Positions 1-14,000 of a stretch of DNA of 64,000 bases are shown here, piece after piece. The position numbers and the translations under genes are program-made. Each line of letters starts with the position of its first letter. The stretch's first letter is position 1. The stretch is taken from assembly GCA_036172245.1 (NCBI GenBank), contig JAYWIR010000021.1, forward strand, positions 1,240,001 through 1,304,000, given 5' to 3'. The notes under the pieces are model-generated. The model worked only from the letters and a program-made list of their open reading frames with translations. It was not told the origin of the DNA and searched no databases. Origin of the DNA: Raillietiella orientalis. Its lineage: Eukaryota.

Positions 1-3000
1 GACACAAATTCCAACCACGAAATTTCCCGCCAAGTCGTTCGGGTCATTTCACCGCGAGCCATCCTTCCAAGGACCACAAGCGTGAACCGAGTCCCTTTGT
101 GTCCTGATCTCGGATCGTCTGGACCACTCGATCGCATCGGAGAAGCGAATGTTTCGTGTGGCTCGGGGTCTGTTACTCTTTCATCCGACACCAGAAGAAG
201 GGAGGAAGCAGACACGATCCCATCAAGTGTTGAAGAGCGCCAGGGTTGTGAGAAGGAAAGAAAACGGGCATAAACGGAAAGTAACAGGAAGCTTTCACTA
301 TCTCATAGTTTCGCCATAGGGGGAAAAAAAAAAAAAAAAAAAAAAAAAAACCCAACGAGAGTGTGCTCGAATTATTTGAATCTCCGTCCGTCATTTCTTT
401 CACAGCATATCTGCTTGGAGTCCTTCACGTGAATCGATCCCATCGTCTAAGGTGGGGCAGCACATCGAAATGCATCTCACTTCCTATTTATTTCGTCCCC
501 CTCGTTCCTCGCATGCAGCAGCACTTGCAACTTAAATAGCCATCTCTCCAACCAGCAATTTCCGCAAAACTATGCAAAGTTTTTTCTTCTTCTTCTTCTT
601 CTTTTTTTCTTCATGCAGAAAAAGGCTGAAACCGTGAAACTCTTTTCGAGTAAAATCGTGCGACACGCACCTTTTCAAGTTCACAGCACGCCGGGCACGA
701 AAACACCCTCTTCGGCCCGTGTCCGTTTCGCTGAGAGTGTCCACGGAAGTGCACCGGGGTGTCCGTCCACCCTGGTGGTGAACATTCTGCGGATTTCAGC
801 AAAGTACTGCTGCATCTTTAGTCCCTCCCTCCCCTCCCCTCCCCGCAAAGACGCGCAGGAACTTCCACCGGACGCCGCAAAGTTTCCCCAGCTCGCCGCC
901 CCTCGAGCTTCTCGCCGAATGCACGCCTCATCCTACTCAATGGGTCGCTTCGCGTTCCTTCAAGCAGCAGAGGTTATCTCGCTCTGCTGGGATTTCGGGA
1001 AATAACAGATAATGTCTTTGCAACACTTCGAAATGATTTGCATGGGATGCGAGTCGGCGAGGAAAGACTCGATGGTTGCCGCAAAGTGCTCCCTTCACCG
1101 AGATGACCGGAGTCTGCGGGTCCTCTTTGACTTCGCGATGAACTTGGCGTGCCAATTCTGCAAAAAGAGTTCCTCACTTATTTGTCTTCGTTGTGCTTCG
1201 CATTCGTGCGGTTCCGAGTTCCTGCCGTATCGCGCAGCTCACCATCTGCACGATTCCGCCACGCCATCAAATGAGCTCCGCGAAGAGAAATGTCCTTCGG
1301 GGACGCGGTCACTGCTGTGCTCGGAAAACATCGACTCCGAACGTCAACTACGGCATCAATCAGAGATAACATATATCCTTCCTGAGCTCCGTGTAGACAG
1401 CCCGATTAGGATCACCGAATCGTTTATCTATGCGCTACAGATTATCGATTGAACTGCAAGCGATGCAAACACGGTGGAGTGTCTAAAAACGGGAAAAAAA
1501 AAAAAAAAAAAAAAAATACGCATGAAAGTTACACGGTGACAAGGAGTCCACGAGGACGAGATAAGGAAAAATGCGATGCTGGGACTTTGATAGGAAAGCC
1601 CGAAATGGCACGGCAGAGAGGGGGGGGAATGAGGCGAAGGATGAGCCTTTCGAAACTGCCAACGTTCCGCGACGGATCGGAGCGATCTCCATTTACATCG
1701 GAAGAATCTGATCGCACGGACGATTCGGATGTGCACCTGAAGAACCGAGAAATCCTCTCGCAAAAACCATCGCAAGGCGAAACTGCCGCCAAAGCGTGCA
1801 ACCGTACCCAAAGCCACAAGAGCGACTGCAGGCGGCTTTGACGGAGGCTTTCCCAGGATCGCACGTGAAGATCGTTCTGACCTCAGAAGAAGAAAAAAAT
1901 TCAAAGTTTCCTTGCACTCCGTGAGCACATCATCCCCCCCCCCCTCCCCCACGGGCCCCATCCTAGCGTACACCCGGCCTCCGAGTCCGCACCTCGAAGC
2001 ATCGGCGAAAAATAGACACAGTTGGCGTAACAGATGAGAAACTGAGAGGAAACAGCCACCAACCCCCCCCCCCCCCCGGCCTCGGCAGGCGAACTTCCTC
2101 AACCTGCGCTCTTGGAGTACCAAGAGGAAGCCCCCGGCAACCGAAATCTGCTTCAAAAACGTTCATCCAAACTAAAAAACAAAGCATTCGATTCCACCAC
2201 CACCATGGACACTCCCAGTTTGCCCGCGTGCAAAAAAAAAAAAAAAATAAACACTTTGTGTGCTTTGTGCAATCGGTGCAAAAATGCACAAACTATAAAA
2301 GCAATTTTGAAGGAACCTAAAAAAAAAAAAAAAAACACTGTACGACGAAAAAGAAAGATCGCTCGAAAAAAAGCACAGACGCATAAAGTAAGCTCTACTT
2401 AATACATATGTGCATTATAATATGACTGCGCCTGAAACGACACCTACACAGTTCCAGGAGAGCGTATGCCCAAACAGGACGACGTCGCGGGCTTCCCGAA
2501 AGCACAAGAAGAACGGGGCGAATGGGAGCTTCTCGTTCGGGAAGCGGCGCTTATCGGAGGCTCACATCTATAAGACGAGCAAGGAAGGCACACTTGAAAA
2601 CAAATTGCAGCACGCGCAAAGTGGAAAGGTCTTTCCTCCCACGGACGGTAGGAAAGTGCGCGCAACGGGAGAAGTTGGACCATCATCTGGCAGCACACCA
2701 TGCGTCTTCCCCTAATGAGGACCTATCATCGTCACGCGCACGGAGGAAGATCACTCAAAGTGAGCCACCGGGATAGGTCACGTGGGATAGCAGAGTAAGT
2801 GCCGGTCGTACGCAAATTTTCCTTAATCAATTTCCAGGCACATTTGCGGCTCCTCGACTTGGGAGCTGTCACCTGCAATCGTCACGCGCGGAAGCCATCG
2901 AAAGTCGGCATTGCGGTTTGGTTCAGTTCGTAATAAATCCCGGCTTGAAAGGGAGGAAGAGGAGTTCCTTCCGTGACGTCACTCGAGGCAAGACGGGGAA

Positions 3001-5603
3001 GCTGTCCACTCTGCGAGGAAAGAGGCGAAGGCAGCTCTGCCGTAAGAGGACGACGACGACGATGATTGAAAAAAAGAAAAAAAAAAAAAAACCCAGGGGC
3101 ACACAGGAAGGGCAGTCTCGCAGCGAGGTGGCCCGGAGAATACCGTCCAAAGCAAACTGTCCACCGACCCACAGAGGAAGAAGAAAATGTGGAAAACGGG
3201 GGACACTTGAAATTCTCACAACCGATACATCTTTGCAGCACGCGTGAGATCGCCTTGGTCTCGTAATTGAAACGTGGCCTTCACACGAGCAACCCCCGTG
3301 GCGCAAACGATACACTTTCCGCCTAAGATACAGGAACGGGACGCAGAACACCCCCACACTGTTGCAGCAAGGGGAGGGGGGCAGGGAAGGACGCAAAGCG
3401 CTTCCGTACGCACTTGGATATACGGGAGAGGAAACGGAAAAGAGAGAGAAAAGAAAAAAAGAAAAGGGGGTGGGGTGGGGTGGGGTAAGTCGCAATGACC
3501 ATCGAGTCCTTTGCATCCTTCCGAGCAGGAAAATGGCTTCCACAACGAGTTTTGCACTCAAAACGGTATGGAACGATTCATCCGATGAAAACGCGCTCAT
3601 GGATTCTCAACTTGAACTTCACAGAATGAAAAACAAGAATGCATTCTGAATCACTCCCCTAAGCAGAAATAATCGCATTCTGACGACTAAGGTGAATAAT
3701 GGATACGCGGAAAGGTCAAAAAGACCGTCGCTATGTCACCAATGAACGCCCAGACGCTGTCTGAAAATGCGAAATACGTCATTGGGATGGACAACCACGC
3801 ACTCGCCACTGCAGGCCACAAAGAAAGAATAGATGAGGTTTGCTGTAAAGTTGGTGGAAGAACAGCCCGCCGCCATTCCCAAGGACCCCGACGGAAACCC
3901 CGAAAAGAAACCAAAAAAAGTCAAAAGCACCGCGCAGGATGATCCCTGGATTTCACGAAGAAGACCCATTTGGCCCGAGACGACTCTGAAATGGCGGCTA
4001 CAAGATATAACGGAATGCCATCAACATTGGGCACAATTTGCGAGTAATTCAAGTGGGGGAGGGTGTATACAAATAGGTGTATCCAATTTCTTTGCCTCAC
4101 ACTAACGCTGGCCCCCCATTTCGACAATGCGCACCTATTAGCAGGCAGTCGTACGTAGCGAAAGAAGACTTCTGGAGCACAATCCATTTCAAGATGATGC
4201 GGAATCATTAGGATACCTAACCAATCCAATAAAACTGCAGGCATTGGAGCTTCGGTAGGATACTTCGGCAGCGTTTCTTAATAACCTGACACGGAAACGA
4301 AGAAAGAAAGCCTTTTGCCTGTGCAAGCGCATTCTGGGCAAGAAGAGGATAGGGAAAGTGGGAGCGGAGGAAGCGAGGCGCATCCGAACAGATCTGCTCT
4401 GTAGCAAAATCTCAAGGGTGCGTGTCTCTTTCTCGGTCTTGAGCAAACGTTCAGATGCAGGGAAAAGTAAAAAATATCCCAACAGAAATGGGTTGTTACG
4501 CACTTCCATCCCACAACTGCTTGGAACGTGTGGAAACTGTAAGCAAGATGTAAAACCAATTAGAATGCGGAATGATTCTTTTCTTTCCCCCACCTCCCCC
4601 CCTTTTTGCGCTTTGCATGCATCCCGAGCACTGCCTTCGAGTTTCTTCCCGAAATGGAACTGCACAGTCTTGGTGCCGGCCGGGAACCAAAATGATACCT
4701 AAAGGAGTTCGAATCGAAATCTGTAAGATCCAAAGGATAACAAGAAGGGAGCACTCGTGAAGAACACGCCGGTCCTCACATGGAACCTGCCGATGATCTC
4801 TTGGACGGAATGAACGAAAAGTCTACCAAACACATCGAGTGTTGGTGCTTGCTGATCATTTAGCGGCGGCGCCTTGCCTCCTTCAGGGAGGGCATCCCGG
4901 ACAGATGCGTTGCATATGTTTCCACGTTTCCTCATGTCTTCGCAAAGGAAGGAAGGATACCTAGCTGTCGTTCTTACGCCTACGGGCGAGACGTGCACGT
5001 AGTGTGTGTGTCCGTGTGTCCGTGGCACAGGCCAAGTGGCGAAAGAGAGCGGCAGACAGTGATGGCCGAAAATTCGCTGCGGCGAAGCGCGCGACAGGAT
5101 GCAGTGGGGGGAGGGAGAAACACCGTTCCGTACACCTTTCGATTCTCCTTAACGATCGAGACTCTTCGCAGACGACGACGATCGACCATCACGATCGTAC
5201 CGGGAGATGCATCCCCGCTGGGCGCGAACCTCTTCGTGCGCCTCAAAGACACACGGAAAAAAGAAGAGGGACCGAACCGCGGGTCGTCCAGCAGAGGTCT
5301 TTCACAAAACAGTGTCGCGGTGCGGAACACCACCGCTCCCGGCGCTTGCGAAGGGCGCAACAAGCAAACACCTCTGCGTCGTTTCGTGTGACCCGGAGGC
5401 ATCCTCTGGAAATGGGATCGAAAGCAAGACTTTCTGCCGGCACAACCAAGTGCACAATTAAGGCTGCTCGAGTCGAGTCCGTCACGGCTACGCGCGCACA
5501 ACGAACACACTTTGGGGCTGTGACTCTGTGAACGCAACAGCGACGAGAGGAAAGAAAAGGCAATCGTGCAAAAGTTTCGGTGGATCGGAGAAATATGCAT
5601 TAC

Positions 5604-5836
5604 TTGGAATTCCGGGGCGCCTCCTTCGTCACGAATCAGAAGCAAGAAACTTTGGCCGTCAATGACCACTTCCTTTTTGAAACGCCCTCCTTCTGGAGAC
5701 TCTTCTTGCATGTAAGCGCCAGTCAAGTAACGATGCACCAAGGCGGACTTCCCGGACAATGCACTTCCTATGATCCCGATTCGTAGATCAGGCACGTTTC
5801 TGGATAAAGTCCATTCTTGGCTATTCACAAAACAAT
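5604..5836 (-). CDS. AGAP1: AGAP/centaurin-gamma-1A coding exon (start of GTPase-like domain); gene continues beyond window start
   Basis: Translates (D)[77 protein letters not shown], the AGAP signature; flanked by TTTGCAG acceptor and GTAATG donor. Confidence 0.95.
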
Positions 5837-5877
5837 CTGCAAATCAAATGAAGGTCTTAATGCAAGGTTTGCAAAAT

Positions 5878-5894
5878 CATCATCATCATCATCA
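5878..5894. repeat. (CAT)n microsatellite
   Basis: catcatcatcatcatca seen directly. Confidence 0.85.
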
Positions 5895-8085
5895 TTCCAT
5901 GCGCACGTTGACGAAAGGTGGGTTACAGAAACCGGACAGAAATGAATCGATTGAACTGTTAAGATCATCACGGAAGAGCAGCAGAGTTTGTTTTTGTTTT
6001 TTTTAAAAAAAAAAAAAACAGTGACACAGCGCAGAAACAAACCGAGACAAACTGCAACGCATCGCACAATCCTTTCAAATCAGAAGATTGGGGGAACACT
6101 GATTGAAAGAAGTGAACATTTTCTCATACTATGGCAACAACCCACCACCGCTCAGCTTACAACGGTGAGATCGACACTTTTTGTTTTGTTTTGTTTTTTC
6201 AAATGGAAAATCCTTTCCGTTCTTCAATCATCCCAAGAAAGTTCCTTTCCGGAGCGAACGGACCCAACAAGCAGACCGCACAGTAACTCGTACATTACCC
6301 TGCGTACATTACATTACTGGTGTGTCACAATAAAAAGAAAAGAAACTGCTATCCGCAAAACTCTTCTGCTCTCTTACCAAAGGGGAGAGATCTGAAAGAT
6401 AATGCAACACTCGAAACGCAGTGAGCCCAAATTTAAAAGGAACAGCTGTTTACCACCACCAACTGGAAGCACCTGAGCGCGGTTGGTGCGCACAGCGATT
6501 ACCACTGCGTCTAAGCTTAGGGAGCCACAGATGCGCTGCCTACACGAATGCATGCAAGAAGCTGCAACGTTCTTCAACTAATCAAAAGGAGTCATTTCTT
6601 AATGTTGGGCGAACGCTTAGGAACGACTGAGGATCCTCAGTAACGCTCGTTACATTCGGAACAGACCGTGTAAACAACCGTACATGGCCAGAGGCACGCA
6701 GTGATAAGGAAGGTCAACACAGTTAATTTGGGATACGTGCGAGTACCAGAATGAAAAAAGGGAAACGCCAAGTGCCTCGTAGCACTTTCGCGCCCACGAA
6801 AGGTTTTTAAGGAATTTTTTTTTTTTTTTTTTTTCATTTCTCTCTGCCTTTGTTCCAACTCTTGAAGGAACGGAGGAATCTCTCTCTCTTTCTCCCGAAA
6901 AGCTCTTTCGCGAAAGCTCTTCGTGAGGTCACTTCATGAGAGCTCCGGCGGATCAAACCGCATTTCGATAAGAAGCACATCGCATACAAAACTTGCCCCT
7001 GTGCATATTTACAGTATGCTACGTATCATACGTGGTACACTTCCCTGATCTTGTGCAAAGAATCGACCGTCAAGCAAACGGTCCATCATTTACGCTTAAT
7101 CAAATGCGAACGATTCGTTCAACACAGATGACGATCTGCTTCTTTAGCGAACACAGCGGTTTGTTTACGTTCCACGAGAATCTCGTGAAAACACCGGAAA
7201 CACTTTGCTTCGACTTTGAATCGGTACACTTGATGCAGTTTAGAGAGTTTACGTGGTTTTGAGTTTTCTGAACCCCACTTGGAGAGTGGCTGTTTGCAAC
7301 GAAATCCCGACGATCAACCCCACACACGTGAGCGGTCCAGATCACGTCAGCTGCTCCTTGGTAACACGCAATTTATTAGGCGCGACGATCGAAACGCCCA
7401 ACAGCACGGCAGATATAAACGCGTTTGCTTTCCGTCGCCTCGTATTTACGACAGAGTAAACAAACAATCTTTCCACCCCCTCCCCCTTTTTTACGAAAAT
7501 CGTTTTCGCCGTTGCAAAAAAATAAGGATGATTTCACGCAGAGCAAACAACTATCGAGGTGTCATCCGAGCCTCGTCTCCTGCGACACGCGAATCCTCTT
7601 CGGAATTCTTCCAGGGTGCAACCACTTTAGTGCGCCCGTCATCGTCAGCAACTACCCAAAGGCATCATCACGAATGATACTGAACAGCACACTGACGGAG
7701 GAAACGCGCCCAACAGCTCAGCACTGCGGTCCCATTCGCAGGAGGCTGCCCTGCACACCATTCGCGAGCAGCCCAAGTGACCCGAAACAACCTGACCCCG
7801 GTTGCGAGTGCTGATTGCAGAGTCCTCAAGCTGTCGTCACCCGGGCAAGTACGCTCGAGCCAACGGTACAGCCACAAAAGAGAAACCTGCCAAACTCTTC
7901 TTCCCGGGTTCCCGGACGGGAACGGAACACAGTGCTGCTGCTGCACGTAAAGGAAACACTTTTTCCACTCGTGCATCCCATTACCGATTTCTTCCCACGT
8001 TTCGTACGGTTGCATAAATGCAGGAACCGACCCCACGCACACAACACCAGGCACACAAACAAACACACGGTGACGTGAAAACTAC

Positions 8086-8179
8086 CTGAGCCGAGGTTTG
8101 GTAAAACAGTCGTTTTGGACGGCTTGACAATGTACAGTTTTTTCTGCCAACACGGGAAAGGAATGTACAGTAGCTTCAT
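8086..8179 (-). CDS. AGAP1: Candidate alternative first coding exon of AGAP
   Basis: ATG-initiated MKLLYIPFPCWQKKLYIVKPSKTTVLPNLGS ends in CAG|GTAGTT at phase 1, which fits the 5836 exon; in-frame upstream ATG at 8275. Confidence 0.6.
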
Positions 8180-9727
8180 TACAGAACCAAAAATTTCTAC
8201 TGAGCTGCGATGTGCACCGAAGGATGCAGGGCGACAACCAGGACCCAATTGAGCCACAGATAAATACAAATCCATGCGTAACGCATCCACACCAACTGTT
8301 TGCAGCCAGACGCGTTTCTCATCGCGTAGGGAACTGCTGAGAGATTTCACCGGGACCGAGGGGATCCGGGAACAGGCGTTGGGGATCGTGCCAGGGCAGA
8401 CTCGGCGGCAGCAGCCGGGAGCACGTGGTTGAGTGGACCCCCGCGAACGCTCACGAAAACATTTTCAGCGCCTCTCCTCCATCGGGGAAGCGCACGGTTC
8501 CGCCATGTGGTCCAGGGGATGACAGCACGACGGATAACAACTCGTGAGACACATGACCACCGCCTCAGGTAACGAGCGGCGGCAGCGTGTTTGCTCCCAC
8601 GCGTACGTATGGCGGAGGGGGGGACACGTAAACAAACAGTAATCGATCACAAGAACGTGGCAAACAGAAAAAAAAAAAAAAGGCCACGAAAATGAAAGAA
8701 TAAAAAAAAAAAAAAAAACAACTTTGAAAAGGAGCAGGCGAACAGTCATGTTCAAAGGTACGCTTTTTCCAAGCGCTCGGAACCATTCCAATATGTAAAA
8801 AAAAAACATACTTGATGTGAAACGACAACAACACCTGTTGCCACATCCCGTATGTACAGCAGCGAACCGTATTCCGGAAGAAAATGAATCTTCCAAACGT
8901 CCAAAGTGTAAAGCAAATCACAACCCTGCAAACTTCCAATCGGATGGCTATGGCTTTCGAGGAGGCTCACAGTGCATTCGGAAGAATACGGTAAAATCAC
9001 ACAAACACAGAATTCCGAAACACCCAACAGAATGGAAAACACCAATTCGAAAGTTTTTGGCGTAAGACACGAGGAAATTCATTTGCCGTTATGTTTTTTT
9101 TTTTTTTTTTCTTTTCCCTCTTTTTTGGGGGGGTGAAGCATTTCATTGCCATAACCCATTGTTCTACAAATATTAATAAAGATAAAGTTCGTTGATAAAA
9201 ATCGACAGACGAGAGTTTAAGAAAAGTACAACGAATTGATTACTCTTTTTGGATGAATTCACTATATTTTGAAACAAGGATCACAGAAACCGTGGCTTTT
9301 CTTTTATTTACTGTTACTTGTATTCATTCACAACAGCTTTTTTGAAAACATATCCTCAACTTACAAACATGTACACTTACAGACATGTCTATATTATTAG
9401 CAGACTGATTGAAAGTTTGATTATGCTCTATAAAATACCGCAACGCAACTTTTTTTCTACAGAATCATCGCTAAAACAATAATTAGGTCACCATCTTAAG
9501 CAACAACTAATTTCTTCTAATGCCATATATTAAAACAAGGAAAAACATTCAACATTCCTTTCAAAAATGAGAGTGTTTATTCCTAGTGGATAGAAAAAAC
9601 AGAACCAACTCCCATATAATTTACTGAAAATTAGGTCTTATATCACTGAAGACCTACAGAAACAACAAAGCAACTTCAAGTATTGATTACAAGAAACATG
9701 GTAATTCATTAAGAAAAAAATAAATAC

Positions 9728-9902
9728 CTTCAATGCAAACAACATGTTCCCGTATTTGCTGTGCAACACAGTCATCAGGAATATGTTCAATCAAATCATA
9801 TATGGCATAAATGGATGGATGAACACTTTCAAATCTTTGAATCTCTTGACGAATGGACAAAGAATTGCTTAAAAATGGCTGTATGTGTAATTTCCCACTC
9901 AT
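9728..9902 (-). CDS. AGAP1: AGAP first coding exon (canonical N-terminus)
   Basis: [58 protein letters not shown]; phase-1 donor G|GTATTT; TTTTTAG acceptor 4 nt before the ATG implies an upstream non-coding exon. Confidence 0.93.
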
Positions 9903-10849
9903 ATTCCTAAAAATCAAAAAAAAGTCCCATAAATCTTCACTGCTTTTCTTGTGAAAAAAAGAAAAAATAGAAATGAAAGAACTGATTTGCATAATAACGC
10001 ACTCATTAACAAAAGGAACGATTACATCTTTTTGCAATTTACTCTACTGTCTCTTTTTCATCTATGAGTAATGTTCTCCTTTTAAAATTCTGATGAATAC
10101 ATGCATGCATGTTATATTCATTTAATTTAATAAACAACTTCTGATACATAGTGAAAAATGGAAAGAAAAAAAACACACACACACAGAAATAACTTACAAA
10201 CATCCTTTCATTACTCATACAAAATGCCTCATCATTTCAGGGTGTGCCGTGCAGAATTCCACGAAACATGTTCCTTGACACCAACACTAAACACAAAACG
10301 ATACAACTGGGGAGAAACTGTGGACGTTTGTGCATGTTATATGGGCATGCATTTCTGGCATTCCTACAACAGCAAAGCCTTTATGCAAAAACTTTACATG
10401 AACCAATGTCAATATCTAGGATTTGTAAAATTATCCTGATACTTCCCAGGTATCTTCAGCAGCACAAAATCATTGCTTTGATTTGAACCTTCACCATGTA
10501 ATGCAAATAACACATAGATCTAGGAATGCCAACTAAACGTAATTCAATGAAATGATTAAACAAACACAGCAAATAATACACTTTCTTGCGTGTCTGATAT
10601 TTATAAATGAACACATTTTCATTCCAGTAATATTGATAAATTGATAGGACCGTTTCAAATAATTTCAATTAAATTCATATAATTGAAATTCAACAACTGA
10701 AATGATTGGATAACCTTGATCAAAACAGTAGTATGCAACTTTGGATAGGATCGGATACAAAATTACAAACGCACAAAACTTTGTAGTTCTTGAGAGAAAT
10801 TATAGCCAGTACTTTGCATCACATATTTGAATAGTATGACGGGTATTAA

Positions 10850-12040
10850 TTACTGATGACAATAATTACTGAGTTTCATTTCCTTCAGAAAGTTTGAATC
10901 TCGCAGAATTTCTATGCCTATCCTCTGTTCAAGGAATCTACTTTGCTCTCATGAAATTATAAAGATAATTAATTGTGAAAAATTTGCAAACCGTGAAAAG
11001 TGTTAGAGTGATACACACAATTCAGATTTGGTAAGCTGTTACGACCATGATTTTGGTTATTTCTCCTCGAGTTTATTCGGAGACTGCATCCCAATGTAGA
11101 TACCAAAATGCATTGATCCATTCTTCTATGCAAAGAATTTTAGATCATGTTTTCGAATATTTGTATTTTAATACTTTAAAATTATTGTGAAGCTTGCGTT
11201 AATTTTTAATACAGGAGAAAAACGTGAATTTTTACCTACACGCTCATATAATAAACGAATACCAAAAAATGAGGGATCTGAAGTCTCACCAACAAGAATA
11301 TTTGAATGTTGTGATGACACGCATTAGACTGATAGCTTCTTCTATGCGAGCATGGAAAGAATATGAAGCAATTCGTTTTCCATTCCAATTCAAACAATGG
11401 AATAATTCTCCTATTTTATGTTTTATTTCCCTCATTTTCGAGTGATTGCATAAAATGGAAAGAATGCTTTATTGTGACCTCGGGATTTTTCTGTAAGACA
11501 AATCATAATCTGTTGCCTCGTTCACAACCAAGAAATCCCTTATACCAACCGCCTTTAAAAGATGGGAATCGGTGAACAGAGTGCAAGGAGAGAATTTCTG
11601 ACTGCATACAGTACGAAAAATGACATAATCTTGTACGTAATCTTCACAGGTGATGTATTTTTGCTTTTGATCAGCCGACTTGGATAAGCTGTATTAGCAG
11701 AATCGCAAAATGCCTATGCATCGTTTCTGATTGCTCCAAAAGTACAATCTTTCAGAGAAAATGGCTATTAATAATAGTGTTCGTTGCTTTGTGGGATGAT
11801 AAGTCAGCGTTTATCTATGTTTTCTAACTTCCTTTTATCATACGAATCGTCAAGTACAAGCTCTACGGTGCCTTGAGTTCTAGACAAATGCAAACATTGA
11901 GCCTGCTGAGTAATATTCACAGAAAGGCAGCAAAACTCAAGGTTTATTGTGCAACATACCTTTCATGAGATGAACAACATATTCCTCTTTTCAATGTACT
12001 TTCTCCTAAGCAAAATGTTCTGATTTACGGCCCAATGTTA
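10850..12040 (+). pseudogene. Endogenous viral element: decayed mononega/jingchu-type L protein (RdRp core)
   Basis: Ordered degenerate motifs: FIRRLHPNVD (~11072, GHP motif), LHKMERML..GFFCKT (~11446, KERE pre-motif), IFAFDQPTW (~11658, motif A), GALSSRQMQTLSLL (~11867, motif B), LS*DEQHI (~11960, GDNQ motif C); spacing close to rhabdovirus L; many stops and frameshifts. Confidence 0.75.
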
Positions 12041-12379
12041 CTTCCAAAGCAAAACTAGTTCCGACTGACACACACACACACAAGTAGTCACAAGTAAAAA
12101 TACAATAATTGGCTTTGCAATAATATTCACACCCCAACGCATACTTCCTTGCCAACAGTTCATTTATTTAAATTATTTTTCATTCAGTCGTCGAGGTTGT
12201 TATCCTAAACAGAGTTTCTTGGTCACACTTGACTTGAATTCGAGAATGCAAAGCCTTTAACCAGTTGCAGGAACGGCCGTCGGTTCTTAGAAAAGACAGA
12301 GATTGGTACGATGCGAGAAGCACCTATTCAATGGTATATTGTTTTCAGGCTGCATTCTAGCCTTCCTTATCACATCTTC

Positions 12380-14000
12380 CCTGTTTCTCACACTTCGTGG
12401 CCCTCGCGACCGTCGCTCGTGTTCTCAAGGAGCTTCCGTGCTGCAGGGACCAAAGGCGTTCCAAAGTGACGTCCAGAGGGCAAGAGACTGGTCTTTTGTA
12501 CCAGGAAGCTATCCTTGGAAAAGCCTGGAACTGCACGGATACACCCGATGGAAAAGAGGAGTAGCTTTGGCACGCTGAGTTTTGCTGAGGATTGCTTCAT
12601 AAAAGCAGAAAGCGCTCCAGAAGCGTGTGTTCCTGGCGGATATTCTGTACTCTTACTTCTAAGGGTTAGATGTTCCTCGTCTGTGAAACGGAGAAACGGT
12701 TGCTGAGGCTGGAAGCGTCGGCTGAGCGGAGAAGTCACATTTTCTGCACTGAGAGAGCATCTTTCACTTGGATCCATGGCGGTCCTTGAGGAGGAGGTGG
12801 GAGTTCTATAGCCGGACGTACCTAGCATCCCCGATGTGATACTTTCCCGATCTCTTCTTGAGTGGTGCCTCGCAAGTGCCTGTTGGTGAGTTCACCCCAG
12901 GTGGCTTATGGCACGTCCGATCTCGTTTCAGAAGCCACGGGCATGCAGCCTCGGATGCTGCTGGTCTGACCGTCTGGCCGTGACCACAGTTCTCCCTTGC
13001 ATCCCAACTCAGGCTGACGATTCGACCCGCAGACCATGAATCTTTCGACCAGTTCCAAATGAAAGAAAGTTGTTCTTAGTGTTTTTGAAATTGGGTTCCG
13101 GTTGCGCCCACAACAGATCAAGTTTGTGTTAGCTGGGCAGTGACTTTGGTTTTTACAGGGCGTGATTGAAGAAATGTATGCCGTGGGCAGGTATGAAGAA
13201 AATCTTGTAAGACAAAGAATGCGTGTTGGTATGGTCTCTTCTCCAACACCTTTTCATTTTATTTCGTCTTCGTCTGCTTCAATATCGACCTGTGTCCCAT
13301 CTTCTGTTTATGAAAAAATATATACGATGAATAAAAGAAAACGTATTTGGGATGAGATCAGTTTGTCTCTGGTCAAGAATGATTCTTTTCCAAGGGTTCT
13401 TAGCAGATGCAGATGAGAAGGAAGAATCTGATTGCAAGCGTAACAAGGTGCACAAGAGCTCGCGTCCGAAAATCCCTTTTCGGACACATGGAAGCAGTTA
13501 AGGGAAAGCAATTACGAAAAAGGAGTGTTGATGCCATTCCCTGTTGCGTGCAAGTGCTACTCCATGGAAACAACTTTTATTTCTTCACTTCTACAGCCAG
13601 CTGGAACGGGAGCACTCCGCCTTTCGCATCATCGTAACCCAACACCGTATGATGAAACAGTTTCTGCGTCACTTGTGCCACTCGTGCTACGATGTCTCTA
13701 CCTGAGGACCCTGTTTGCTTTCTCTGGAGGATCATTGGCCACGAACATGGCTCGCTCATGGAAAGGCCAACAGCAACTTGAAAGTCGTGTCTGTGGAACG
13801 GTTGAGAATTATGCTGGAGGGAATGAAGACAAGGAGCTGTTGCGGTGTGAAAAGCTTCTGTGACCGCAAACCATGCCGGATTCTCATCAACTCTTTAGCG
13901 AAATGAACAAACTCGACCATGCTGCATGCTGGAAGCTGAAACGACCACAAGGCGTTCCCAGTCGCTAAGAAACTGTCCGTTTCGAAAAACCTGGAAAGAT
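12380..14000 (+). mobile_element. Decayed non-LTR retrotransposon (RT plus C-terminal CCHC region)
   Basis: KGVPK (~12453, GVxQG-like), TLSFAEDCFIKAES (~12571, YADD-like), then SLATNMARSWKG..SRVCGTVE..LLRC (~13730-13850, zinc-knuckle-like). Confidence 0.6.

Noticed and set aside
613..5531. Many 100-240 aa ORFs in AGAP introns, including Cys-rich 1012-1452
   Set aside because: GC-rich intronic sequence with poly-K/F from homopolymers; no motif or splice support.
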